This document shows positions 12,201-25,714 of a DNA stretch of 51,604 nucleotides, in pieces. Within the stretch, counting starts at the first letter, position 1. Each line of letters starts with the position of its first letter. This DNA is from Octopus bimaculoides. Its lineage: Eukaryota. The translations under genes and the position numbers were made by a program. The stretch spans positions 179,660,417 to 179,712,020 of the forward strand of contig NC_068982.1 of the NCBI RefSeq assembly GCF_001194135.2, written 5' to 3'. The notes under the pieces were generated by a model. The model searched no databases. It was given only the letters and a program-made list of their open reading frames with translations, and was not told the origin of the DNA.

Positions 12201-13610
12201 GATGAAAATATGAAATGTTAAGACAGTAAAAAGAAAAGCCACAACCAATTCTGAATATGACTGAACAAACTCGAATTGAATATTTTAAAAATGAAAGTAC
12301 TGGCTGAGAAATGCTTTACGTAAATCGGAGTCACATTATAGACGCGAGACCAAAGCCTTCCCATAAGAAATCCCCAAACATACAATAAAGCTGAATACAG
12401 AAAGCAACTGAAAATTAAGTGAGGGCTGAGAAGAAATAATTAACGTTTTGTCGGTGACTTAGCAGTCTTCGAGTGAAGTGTGTAAAAAGATGGAGCACAG
12501 TTGGAGCTTTCATACACTGGAAATTACGTCAGTATCATGAAATACGTAGGTAAACATCATGCATTACAAAAGTTCTCAAAGAATGACGAAGTGATCATCC
12601 TCTGAAATGACATACTAATTAACCCTTTTGAGACGCTCGGTGTTTTGGTATGCGCAACCAAAAAGTTTTTTTTGCTGTTGAGATTGAAATTGATGGGTGC
12701 ATGTAGAAAGCAAAGGATAAAGTGCCTTACTTTATTAGTATGCAAAACTATATATGTCATATAGTTTTATATTATATCTCTTGAAAGACGATCCCTAATA
12801 GGTTATTACACTTCAAAAGGTTTGTTTCATCGGGCCGATGAATTAGCCTCAAATTCCTTGGGCCGATCAATCGGCTTGGGTGTCGCAAGAGGGTCAATGC
12901 AGACTGGGGGATAAAGGCTAGTCAACCAAACATTGTAGTCTACCAAAAACCCATGTCCTCTAATCTATGCATCAGTCCCAATATGTCTAAAAGTAATGGT
13001 GAAACGATCTCGATATAGAGGTAGAAATATCCAAAATGTCGAACTCGAAAATAAAAAGTTCCAATACTTATAAGTGTCTTGAAAATTATGAAAAGACATA
13101 CAGGCAAATATGCAGCCAAACATCAAGAACGTTCACAAACACTGGAACTAACATAGACTGATACTGCTGCACACAAAACTTTTCAAACACCCAACACTTA
13201 TCCTCGAGACACAGAGTTACGCTCAGTTATAAAGTGAAAGTAGACAATAAAAATAGAACTACTTACATATGTGGGTAACATCGTATACAGCTGTCTACTA
13301 CTATGTGTATATATGTGCACATACTATTATATACAGCTATCTACAGTATATGTGTATATACCTTTGTATGTAACTGTCTACAATGTTTATGCATGAGTGT
13401 ATATATATATATGTGTGTGTGTGTGTGTGCGTGTATGTATGTATGTATGTATGCATGTACGTATGTATGTGTGCACACCACAGTATGCAGTTGTCTACCA
13501 AATATATGTATATTTGTGTTTATACAATTGTATACAACAGTCTACTATATACGAGTTCGTGTGTGTATATTAGTGTCTACAGCTGTCTACCATATGTGTG
13601 TGTGCGTTTA

Positions 13611-13803
13611 AGGCGGCGAACTGGTAAAATGCTTAGAGGCATTTCGTCCACTGTTACGTTCTGAGTTCAAATTCTGCCGAGGTCGACTTTGTCTTTCATT
13701 CTTTTCAGGGCGATAAAATAAATACCAGTTGAACAGTGGGGTCGATGTAATCGACTTAACCGTCCACCAAAATTTCTGGCCTCGTGCCAAAATTTGAAAC
13801 CAG
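13611..13803 (+). mobile_element. SINE-like repeat (family B)
   Basis: aggcggcgaactgg...ctgagttcaaattctgccgaggtcgactttgtctttcatt...ggggtcgatgtaatcgactta. Confidence 0.75.
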
Positions 13804-14999
13804 AAATATATGTGTGCGTGTGTGTGTGTGTATATGTGCGCGCGCATATGTATTAGTGTGCGTGTATGCGCGCGCATATGTATTTGTGTGTGAGTCTCTG
13901 TGTGTGTGAACAACAAAACAGTTAAATGATTTACAACAAAAAATACGAAACAACAGTGAAATGGTCTTTTTCCATTGACAGAAAGGTGTAGACAGACTTT
14001 ATTGACAGAATATTCACAAAATAAATAAACACATTTAATAACAGGAAACGTGATATAATGTTAAATTACAGAACATATTTAATAACGCATGATATTCTAT
14101 GGTTAATAGCCAAACATAAATAACAGAACATACAAACAACGTGTAATTGTGGAGCACGGTTCATAGCAGGAAACGTTTGGTGTATAATAACAGAATACAT
14201 TCAACGGCGAAACACTTTTAATAGCACACCATCTAATGACGAAATGCTGATTTTATTAAATAACGGAACGAATTCAATAGTAGAATTGAAGGATTAAATA
14301 TCCTTAGTGTTTGAACAGATCTCAATTCAATATTCAATGAAATTAATCAAATAATTGGAAATGAATTAAATAATTAAATAATGTTTCTCTATAATGTAAT
14401 CGGTCAAATATTGGAATATGGTTAATAGTGTAACGTATTAGAGAAGAAAATATGGAGACAATTTAGAAATGATCAACAAATATTGTGGAAATGTTCAAAG
14501 AATCACAGAAGTCCATGAAACCAGAGTGTGGCGCATCCTCTTCTACAATCCTAAAGACTTCTGCTTGCAAAACGGTCAGGTACATGACTACATGACAATC
14601 ACGTCAATATTAGTTTTGGTAATTGTCATTCCTGTTTAATTAGATCACTCTAAACAAGTAGAAATATATTTTAACTTTCTAGCAAGTTGCTTAATTAACC
14701 CTAAATCTAGGAATCACTCTGGTCAACCCTTTGCTTGTCCTTTCTATCAAATGTGGCACACACAACATATTTCCCTGGCGTCTACGCATCATGCATGATA
14801 CACGTTCCTACTGTTTCTTTCAACCATCAGACAAACTTGAAATTTATGAAAGGAAAGCTCTATATTATTCAAAATGTATGAAACAAAGTCTAAAAGTCGG
14901 AAAAGAAGCATGGACGTTTAGGACAAACGTATAAAAATGTTTCGGATACACAGAGTGAATGACAAACAACAATTGGAATTTCAGATTTCCTGTTTGTTG

Positions 15000-16000
15000 G
15001 TCATTCTTCTCCAAGAAGACTTTAACTCGAAATAAGGTGGTCTCTACCACTGTCTCTTGACTTTAATTTGATGTTTCATAACTTCTATCAACTTCCACTA
15101 AACTTTTGAAGGACTTGCGACCAGGCATCTAACAATCGTGATATTTTGAAGATGACCTTTTTCTTGGAGATGAATTTTGTTCTATTTAATACATTTAAGC
15201 TATGTATGTGTAAGAATCATAGACAAAAAAAAAGCATGGGCACAACAAAAATTAAAGACCCTCTAATTCTAGGTTCATTTCACTATTTTATCACAAATAA
15301 CTAAGTTCAAGAAATATCAAACTGGGTGATGTGATATTTGAACATGCTGTGAAGACATGCCAGCGATATTAAATTTAAACGGATTGCCAGTTTAGCCGCA
15401 TTGCAAGTCAACCTAGAAAGTCTTGTTAACTCTGATAACTCTTTTTTTTATGTTTTAAAGCTACAAGTTTCTCTAGGGAGCTAGGTGAGTCGAACGGAGA
15501 TAATGGATTAAATCAGTCCTTGAAAGATAAAAAGTAACGTTCTTCTCGCTGAGATTTGAACTTACAACATGAAGGTCCATAACTAAATCCACAATGTATT
15601 CTATCCGACGTTCCAACGGCTCACCAAGTACAACACTCTCCTCAGAGTACCTATCAAAATTAGCTTTCCTCTTGAATATTTCTAATAGTGAGGATTCTAT
15701 TAATTGCAGAGAGAGAGGAGGGGCCAGTTTGAGTGAGAGTGAGAGAGGAGCAATAAAGTTACTACTTGAACAAGCTAAGATCAAATAATACTGAAAAATT
15801 CATTTAGAAACAATCTTTAGGGAAGCTCTGATCATATTCTTAGTTAGGTCACACCCTCTTTCTGGAACTAAAGCATACAAGAATAAATCCCACATTATAG
15901 GCGAAACTTTAACTTATATACAAACATATACTCTATACTCATAGCTAGATGTTTCCTTCTTCCCTCGATTACTAAAAGTATATCAGCTGATACAAGAATG
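15000..16000 (-). mobile_element. Highly decayed non-LTR retroelement 3' region (L1/Tx1-like, tentative)
   Basis: Coding-like composition with broken frames (VVLGEPLERRIEYIVDL, MKHQIKVK). No intact RT motif seen. Confidence 0.3.
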
Positions 16001-17784
16001 AATTGAATTAATCCCTCATTGATTGTCCTTTATTTACATAACAGTTTAATAGTTATCACCTAAGGCTTGCTTCCATTGCAATATTCTCAATAATTCTGCA
16101 CTTGTGTAATGAATAAAACTAAGTGTAGACTCCCTGGCAGTGACAATTCAAAAATCATTCTGCCAGCTGACCACCCATTAAACACATTAAAGTAGTCATT
16201 TACATTTTTTTTTACTTCAAAAAAAAAAACTAGGTACTAGTAATTATTCCGCTATATCTGTATATCCTCTAACTTAGGATTTCTTATATAGCAATGTATA
16301 AAATTGAGTATTTCTTCTTTTTTCTAAAGACTGTCATTTGTCATGGAAGCACCGCTAATTGGGGAATCATAGAATAGTAGACAATTTGTAAAGATCAATC
16401 AATATAAAGTAATTTCTTATCTTAGATATGTTATGAAACTGTCTAATCCATTTATTTAGCATGTGAATTTGCCCCAGTCGTCCCCTGCGACGATTTGAGA
16501 CGGTTTTCCGCCAGAATCAAAGAATGCAATCATCTGGAATATTAAAATAACTATTAGATATATTTAATTACAGAGTGCATTCAGAAAATCGGATTGTTCT
16601 GACAAAAAGAATCCCTATCAAAGTATTTAAATACAAGTATGAAAGAAACCAATTATTTACTGGTTCACATGTTTGTCTGCTCGAGAGTCAGGTTTGGCAA
16701 TGTTTCCAATTGCTAGTGAGACTACATTCATAAGTAATTCCATGTGCATCTTGTAAAAATTACATTTCAAACACGTAAAGAAGATATTGTGCTTATTTAG
16801 AGTTTATAACGCATCGCTCAACAGAACAACTCCCAGCTAATCTTATAACACAAAAACAAGTCAAAGGCAGGTATTGTTTATAAGAATCTATATGGAATAA
16901 TCCATTCCAAATGAGATTAAATCAAAAAATATGAATATATCAGACTTATTGTGATTGTAAAAGATTTTTAGTCTAAAATGGTAAAATTTAGCCAGTTATA
17001 GACGCAAACACTAAATTCTGATATAGCTCGCAATAAATGAAACCGTTAGATAATTCTACTGCTTATTGTCTAGTGATAATTGCAATTACTGATTATTGTA
17101 CCATATATATTAGTAAAATGGTAGCAGTTCTGGAAGCTGAGATGTACAACTTAAACTGCATTTGGATCTCCCAGCGTTGTGTTCTTGTTAAGAGTCCATA
17201 TCTTGTGCTTTCTTCTTCTAGACCCTCATCTGACGTTTCTCTTTAGTGTATCATACTGCTGTGTAACAAAGAAAAATGCACCATATTTGATCCTCTTACC
17301 ACTCTACTTACTCCCATCATGCTGCTTGTGTAACAAGTGCTTGCATCAGATGTCTGTATACAAGGCACTGTTAATCACGACCACTCACAATGCACTGCAA
17401 GCCATGACTCACTTTTACTATCAGCCACCTGTATTATTCACCATCTTACCACTCTGCTATCACTCTGTCTCTTCCATTACTTCCTCTACTAGACTCTTTT
17501 TCTTACATCATACTCCCTTTGCGCTCAAGCTCGCGCCTTGGTACTTCGGTATGACAACACTCGCTTCTATTCCCCTTCTTTGTCATGTTGCATCTGAATA
17601 GAGAGATCACATAGAGTAGTGATACCTAAGACTTGACAAGGTATAAGGCAATCACATTAGTGATAGTACCATGACTATATATATACACCTGGTACACGCT
17701 GCATAGTAGATGAATGGACGACGTCAACGTAGGATCGAGAGGACCCTTTTATTTCAAATTTAATTATCTCATTAATAATAACGG

Positions 17785-17996
17785 CTTCAAATTTTGCTAC
17801 AAGGGCAGCAATTTTGGGGAAGGGGATGAGTTGATTACATTAACCCTAGTGTTCAAATGGTACTTATTTTAACAACCCCGAAAGGATGAAAGGCAAAGTC
17901 GACCTGAGCAGAATTTGAACTCAGAACAGAGCAATGGGCGAAATACTGCTAAGCATTTTGTCCAGCGTGCTAACAATTCTACCAGCTCGCCGCCTT
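17785..17996 (-). mobile_element. SINE-like repeat (family B), reverse orientation, in an AAT tract
   Basis: aaaggatgaaaggcaaagtcgacctgagcagaatttgaactcagaac...accagctcgccgcctt is the reverse complement of the family B head. Confidence 0.75.
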
Positions 17997-18833
17997 AATA
18001 ATAATAATAATAATAATTCCCAATGCCCCAGTTTCTAAAAAAAAAAGAAAAAACTATCAGGTGATTAGTTTCAAGTTCAAAGATAACTTCTGGATTAACA
18101 TGTCCTATTTAAGAAATAAAAATTTCTTTAGTAAATTTGCTTTTGATTAAAATCTATTTTAAAATGATAATAATAAATAAATAGGGGGATAATGTAAGGG
18201 CAAGCAATGTAAAAGGAAACTAAATTTGTAAGGCAGCGAATACCAATCTTCCACATTTGTCAGAAACTAGTCTCACAACACTGCATTTTTATTTTTTGGT
18301 TTTTAACTTAATAAACTATGCCTAAGGGGGAGAAAATGAACTCCATATTTACGTGGAAAAACAAAAATACAATATAACGAGCAGTATTTAATCACAAGGT
18401 CACATTATAACTTTTAACTACTCGAATACTTAGTATAAGATAACACTGCAGCAGTTAATATCTTTCCTAATTTGATAGATCACTCACCAGTCCTTAGAAG
18501 TATCAATTTTCCACATTAAGGGTAGATCAATTAGTAACAGTTGTTTATAAATCAAACGAAAATTGATTGGGCTATAATTACACCAATATTGTAGATTAAG
18601 TTAAAATTTCACCAGCTATGTAGCAGAAATTTAATATCCTACATATTCCAGTTCTTAAATAGAATAGCAATATTATCAAATCCATGAGCTTTGTAAATTA
18701 CAATCCAGACAATTTATTTTTGGTTTATTGGCTTTGTACAAAGGAGAGCAAAAATGGGCACTCACCTAAATAATACGAAAATCTCATTGAAGATTTAGTG
18801 ACAGGTTGCACCAGCAGTCTGTATGGTGACTAC

Positions 18834-19213
18834 CATGTACATAACCTAAGCATGTAGCAACAACCAGACCTATGTCCTAGACACGTAACCATAAGTGTAT
18901 AAAGCTAGACATGTAGCCATGGTCAGGTACATACCCGAGGCATGTTGTATGAGTCATACATACAAAATATGATTTAGGTATGTAGCAATGGTCATACTAA
19001 CTAGATATGAAGCAGCAGACATGACCAAGACATGTAACAAGTCATACAATCAACCTATGTGTGTAGCAATGGCTGGGCATACAACCTAGGCATATAACAA
19101 CGATCGGTATTAAGACATGTAGCAAGTCAGGCATACAATTTAGACATGTGGTGACAACAATGCATACAACCTTGACATGTAGAAATAGTAAGGCATAATG
19201 CCTAAGCATCTAG
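18834..19213. repeat. Degenerate minisatellite of about 30 bp (approx. CTAGACATGTAGCAATGGTCAGGCATACAAC)
   Basis: Recurrent ctag(a/g)catgtagcaa and catacaacc blocks, about 12 units. Confidence 0.75.
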
Positions 19214-20780
19214 CGATGATCAATTATAACATGTAGGAATGACATGGAAATGTAATAATGATCACACATTTTGACCTTGATTAGATTAGCTAATAAACAG
19301 AAATTTGTTTGGAAAGTACTAAAATCGAATGAGGTGAAACAGTTGTAAATGATAAACCAACAAACACAAGAAAAAAATGGTTGCTCATTTTCGACCAAAT
19401 TATTTTGTCTTAAGTCTTTCATGGTTTTTTTTTTTTGTCATTGTTTCATAGGTGGTGGAATACATATTCAAAAAACAAGTGTTGGTTAGCAATAGATGAT
19501 GGTTGGAGTGATTTAACATGAAGCTACTTCTAGTTACTGAGGTGAGGAGAGATTGTAAGAATATAGGTGAGCAAGTTTATATTATTAACCAATAACATCC
19601 AATGGTGACATTGTGTTGTTTTATTTATAGGGAAGTTAGATTAGTAGCCAATTAATTTTCCAAGTGGATAATGCATACTAGTGTTATCAGCATTGCGATA
19701 TACAGGGAAAGAATGAAAAACAAAACTGTATGTCTGATAAATAGATCTGTTCATTACATTTAACCCTTTTGACACCAACTTGCCTGAGGCTGCCCATACA
19801 TCTAAGTATGCTAATTTAAGTTCAAAACACTAGCTTAATGACAAAGTTATTTTACAAAATTCTTCCTTATTTTCTTACAAAATAGGTAGTGTATTTCAGC
19901 AGAAATATTGATAACAAAAGGATTAAGAGCATGATGTTAGGTGTAATAGCCCGTCGCCCTAGAGGATTTTAAACTGGGCATCAATCACAGCAATGATGTG
20001 AGGGGAGCCTACAAATACCATTGTCTGTCCTATAGATTAAAAAATTCAATAAAACACAAAATTATAACTCTCACCACCAGCTATATATATAGCGGATTAG
20101 GCCATCAATATTAATTTTATACCCGTTTTTCTATAATGGTGTGCATTGTCACAGTCTGAATCAAGTCTTACTTGGAACTACTGTACTCTTAGACATTAAT
20201 TTATGATGCAACTTTCAGAGTCTACATATAATTCATTCATTCTATTTTTGGCAGAGTTTCAAGAGTTGAATGTTTTTCTATCAGAAAATGCTTGTTGGGT
20301 AAATTTCATTGAACTAGTGGCACCCAAGAGGATTAAAGAGCCCAGTCCACCTAACACCAGTTCTTTGGTAGGAGGGTAGGTTCTGTTTTTAGCATGAATG
20401 CCTTGTCTAATTACTTATTATTTTTATAGGTAGTACTGAGTGTAGTATTGAAATATTTGATTAAACAAATGTTATAGCAATCGTCTGTGCAATTATATGT
20501 GTTACTATTGGTGATGTGTTTTGTGCAGAGGCATGACTACTTTTACAACTACATGCAAGAAAATATATAAGCATCACAATGTTGTTATGGTCCAATACTG
20601 GCAAAACAGGCTGTAGTCGAAAGATATATTTTCTTAATTTCTAATAAGTGAATAATAAACACTTTGAAATAGTTTGGTTGCAGTACTAGGATCTATAACA
20701 ATAGGCAAACACGTTAAATGATATTTCAGAAGGCAGTAGCAAAGTTTCTACTGTCTTTTTTCTTCTTTCATTTCCAAGAG

Positions 20781-20827
20781 AAAAACAACAACAAAGACAA
20801 AAATAAGATGGGTGAATGGTTTTTATT
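20781..20827 (-). terminator. Poly(A) signal AATAAA (20822-20827) with downstream U/GU-rich element
   Basis: The minus strand reads AATAAA-AACCATTCACCCA-TCTTATTTTTGTCTTTGTTGTTGTTTTT, with a CA 12-13 nt after the hexamer. Confidence 0.7.
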
Positions 20828-22585
20828 GAATTCTTCCAGAGATTGCGTGCACCGCCACATCACACACACACTCACTCACAATGCAGCTATTTAACTAAAC
20901 TAGTGAAAGAGACCCAACTTAATACAATAGTGTCATCTTCAGTTTTTATCTGTCTGTCTGTCAGTTCTGGATCTGGCTCAAGAGAAAGGGTGGACTTAGT
21001 GGGAGGGAAATTAACAAGAGTAATGAAATAAAACCATTCATTTTGAAACTGCTTAATAAATGGTAAAACTCTTTAAAGTAACAACAGCTCCCTGATAAAG
21101 AGATATCAATTGGCACAGCCGAATCAAAATCAATTTTCAGTAACCTCATTTGGTTACCGAATTCTTTGAAGGGCCTTTATTCTTAAGTGGATGAACAAAT
21201 TTTCACGATGAAAGATTAGCTAAGTTCATGAAAAGAACTGAACTCAAAGAAAAACCAGGGAGAATGATTATCTGGTCCACAGGTAATCTTACGGAGCAGC
21301 AGCATCACAGTTTAAAATATAGCCGCTTTGGCACTTTATATACAGTTTGGATATATCTACAAGAATATTCTGTCTTCAAAGATTTAAAATAGAATAAATG
21401 ATGAAATTTGCAAATGAAACACCACTTCTCAATGAATTTGAAAAACATAAAAACAAACAAAAAACTAACAAGATGGAATATATATATATGACTTCAAACT
21501 ATAGGTTGGATCTGTGCCAACTCTTAACTCCATATAGAATTCTATACACAACTGAGACATGGTAAAGATCCAGCTGACAGTAGCAAAGTTCATACAGAAG
21601 TATAAGAAAGAAAAATGCAGGGATCTTAAATTTCATGAAAACCAAGTGAACACCTTTGATAAGTAAGTAGCATTAACATCTTATTACATGTTGCATTAAT
21701 ACTCAGCATAGATGATCAAGTCAAAGGTGTGATAGTCCTAGTAGCAGTGAAGATGGCCATTCAAACAAACAGTATTGACAAGCTCACAAATTCAAAGAAT
21801 TTATCCTCTGATTATCCCGTGTGTGGTGGTAACACACCAACTGATGTGTTGCCACACACAGCTATTAAAGAGAGAAATAACGGAGAAAGGAGACTGTAAG
21901 ACATAGAATAACTTGAGGTAGTGGAAAACTGAAATGATTGTCCAAAGAAACAGCAGCCACTTTTCTAGGCAACAATTACAAAACTTATAAAGCAATTCCA
22001 GAGCTCAGTTGAAAGCATGTTTATTATTAACAGAATCCGGTTTGGGCTGGACTAAGGAAGGACAAGAGGACAATTGACAGGAAAATATAATTATAGGAAA
22101 CTTAAAGGAATGTCATGGTGAAAATTACAGACAGGTAAGAGCCTGGCAATGAATTTACTCAATGACAAACCAATCTAGACAGACACCAGGCTCACAGTTC
22201 CAAGAAACGGACAGGCAACAAAAAGGAGATGACACCAAGTGAAGACATATGAGAAGTGGTAACAAATAACACATAAGAAGTTACAAAACAACAAGTAAAT
22301 TGGGAGAAAATACATCCTAAAATGTGAAAAAAACCAACTGATATATGACAGAGGCTTTATCTACAGTGTTCAAAACCAGACTTGATGTTTTTTTTTTTTA
22401 AATAACAACACAGAGTGCATTCAAGGTAACAGACACATGTTAGTGATGGTCCAGAGAATGTTTACTTTATCAGGAACTAATTTCAATATGGCGAAATTTC
22501 TACACAGTCAAACGGGATTCAAAATTTATTCTAGAAATGGTTGATAGAACTAAATAATCAGCACACACAAGCTTGGGTAAGAATA

Positions 22586-22639
<54 letters not shown>

Positions 22640-23327
22640 TATAACTGGTTGTCTCTTAAAAGGGGGCTCTTGATATAACAATAAAGAAAAGACTAATAAA
22701 AGTGAGAAGTAAAACCAGTGATGAACAGGTTGCAAACAATGTAAGTTGTCAAAAAAACCAAATAAAATACAAAAATCATTGCTGTGATTCCAGACTAATG
22801 GGATATAAGTGAAATGGGGAGTGTGAAAATGAATAGGGTACGCCGTCAATAAACCACTTGCCTATTATCAAGAGGTCCCAAGTTCTCTCCTACTTCTCTC
22901 CCATATACACACACATACATACGGTACAAAGATTACCACAAGCCCCAGAGACTGCCAGCATTTTAACCCCTATACTTTACTTTGTTTAGGTGAATGTCAC
23001 TGCAGGCAGAAATATCAAAACTTTGGTGACAATTCCAGAAATGCTGCAAGGTAACTGGATGCTCAGTTGTTTTATTTTTAATCTTTTTTTTTTTTACTTT
23101 TTTTCTGGTGCAAGTCCAGTCATTGACAGACTTGATTCAATATCGAAACATCCTGGGTTATTTAAATAAAGCACAATAGTGGAGGTAGAGTTGCCATTGT
23201 ACAGTAGGTAATAAAGTCAATACTATACTATATAGATATGTATACTAATTATTGATAACGCAAGATAAAATGTCTGGAGAACTAATTTATTTGTTTCAAC
23301 ATACAAATAATAATGGTAGTGGTGGTA

Positions 23328-23397
23328 GTTGTAGTAATAATAATAATAATGATAATAATAATGGTAATAATAATAATGATAATAATAATAATAATAA
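23328..23397. repeat. Imperfect (AAT)n, reading (AUU)n in the 3' UTR
   Basis: Direct reading of the sequence. Confidence 0.9.
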
Positions 23398-24559
23398 AAA
23401 CATCCATGGTTATATGCTTACCAGAAGTATACATATCAAAACAAATTCAGCATCATTCATTCCATGGATTGGTGAACTATTAATGTGCAATGATAAGGGA
23501 GGGGAGGGAAAATCTTTGGCTATAAGCTAACAGCATTGAACAGGAATATTTATGTATGATGAGCCTTAAACCAGTAACCTACAAGACATCATTAGTATAT
23601 TTAACACTTAGGTGGTGGCTACCACATGATAGAAGTTTAACAGTTTAAAGATTGAGAAAATGGAAAGAAATCTTAGTTGGGAGAGGGTGTCACAGTTTCC
23701 TAGTATTTTTCAAACAGCTGTCATGAAGGAGAAGTGAAAACCCTCATTCTTAATGTCATGTTACTTTATTCTTAAAAAATATTCCAAGATATGGCTGTAA
23801 AAACTAAAATGAAAACATCTTTAATGAAGACCAGAGTTTGCCCTCTCAATTTACTGGCCACAAAAATATGGGTTAGCTACTTTGCCAACAGAAGGAGGGG
23901 AAAGGACAGAGAGGGGCAGTGGAAGGGGGAAAAGGAAGAGGAGGAGCATAGGAGAACAGGTTGTTATACTAGCTAATATTAAAATAAATTTAACAAAAAT
24001 ATCACTCTTAATGTGTTGCCTATTCCTAGCAATGCAACATTAACCACTGAACAGCATTGAAATTAGAGGTGCAGCCAGGTAGTGCCCACATAAGGAGGAG
24101 CCAGTAAATTTCTTTAGACTACTCCCACTCAGTAGATTTAGAGCTCCTAAACAGGTTAATATTGCCATCTAAAGTAATTTCTGAAATTTTGCAACAAACT
24201 TTTTCAACATAAACATCATAGAAATGGTTTTTAACTTCATTTTTAATAACTTTTCAAATGTAACATATTGTCACATGACCTTTTATCAAGCTAGCCAAAG
24301 TGTGACCGACAGATGTGTGTGTACATCCTTATTTAGTGAGAAGACCAGTTCAAAATATCAAGTCACTAATTTAAAGCTCTGTGGAACTATCTGTTACTAG
24401 TATCGACACCAATAGCTGGATAAACTACATGCTATGGGCTTGATGGTAAACTATTCTCTTTTCCAAACACTGGAATGAAAATTGTTTTGTTAAATTGTGA
24501 AGACAGAGTCACAATTGCTGGTACAGACTGCAGTTCAACCACATCTCTGATCTGAAAAC

Positions 24560-24622
<63 letters not shown>

Positions 24623-25687
24623 ATGTATGAGTAAAGAGAAGAGAGTGAGAGTGAAGAGAGGTAAGGGAATGATGGTAGGAGTCACCACATTACTCCAGTA
24701 TCATGTCAGGAGAGTTAAGAGAACATTTAATTCCAAACAAGGATGTACACAATAATCTGCCACATGTGAAATAGTGACCTCAGAAGTGAGTTACTGTACA
24801 ATGAAAATAATCACAAAGTCCAACTAGCTGAAGGTTTCACACAAATTCAACAAACTATAAGGTGGAACAAAACTGTCTCCCAATAAACACTGCAAACAAT
24901 TTATCACGGCACTAAAGGGAATCAAATAAGAACATAAAACAAACTACAAACACATCAAACCATTTTTTTTCCTTTTTTTTTCTTTTGTACACTACTTCAA
25001 TACCACAAACAAAACTAGAAAGATTTTGGATTAAAGGTGCCAAATGTGTAAACTGTACGAAGATGCACCACTGGGGTATGGAGGGGTTATGTATAATTTC
25101 CTTTTGACTTTATTACACTTATTTTCTTTTTTTTTTTCTTTTTTCATGGAGGAGGAGATAAGTTTTTTTTTTCCCTTTCTTTCATAATAAAACACAGAGT
25201 CACACACACAGTGACAAATCAACAAAATTTTTCGTGTTTTAGTCTTTTGTTTTCATGGTGTTTTGTTCCTCTTCTTTACACATTATGCAAACCTCCTCAA
25301 CAAAATACAGCCTCTTTCAGCCTTATATAATAACCAATACTGTCTCAGAATCTGTTTCATTTCATACCAGACCAAAGCTCAATTGCTCTTGCTTCTTTCT
25401 TTGTTATAAAGGAGAGGGTATGGCAATGACTGTTAGAATATGTACATGGCATATAGTAACATGCTCTTGGTAAAATTTTTTTTTTGGTCAACATTTTGGG
25501 GGAGTGGGTCATTTTTGTTGTATTTCTTTTATTTGCTTTATTTCCTTTTATATTTTCAAGTATATATTCTATAATTGATCTTGATTGGTGATCAGTAAAA
25601 TTCCATAGTCCAATAACATATGTAACAAGAAACCCAAGTCAATAGAAACGGAGCACACACGAACATACTGATAACAATGCAACACTT

Positions 25688-25714
25688 CAGCAGCAGCAGC
25701 AGCAGCAGCAGCAG
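25688..25714 (-). repeat. (CAG)9 on +, (CUG)9 in the CELF 3' UTR
   Basis: 27 nt of uninterrupted cag. Confidence 0.95.

Noticed and set aside
16134-16166. Hairpin CTGGCAG...CTGCCAG containing AUGA, as a possible SECIS for the UGA at 16688
   Set aside because: It lacks the non-Watson-Crick GA quartet, the 11-12 bp helix II and the apical AA in the right position.
17250-17740. GC-richer stretch suggestive of an LTR element edge
   Set aside because: No paired LTR, TG...CA ends, primer-binding site or pol motif could be identified.
18488-18571. 84-nt minus-strand open segment with donor CTG|gtgagt
   Set aside because: Its only open phase (2-2) does not fit the neighbouring candidates, and the acceptor is weak.
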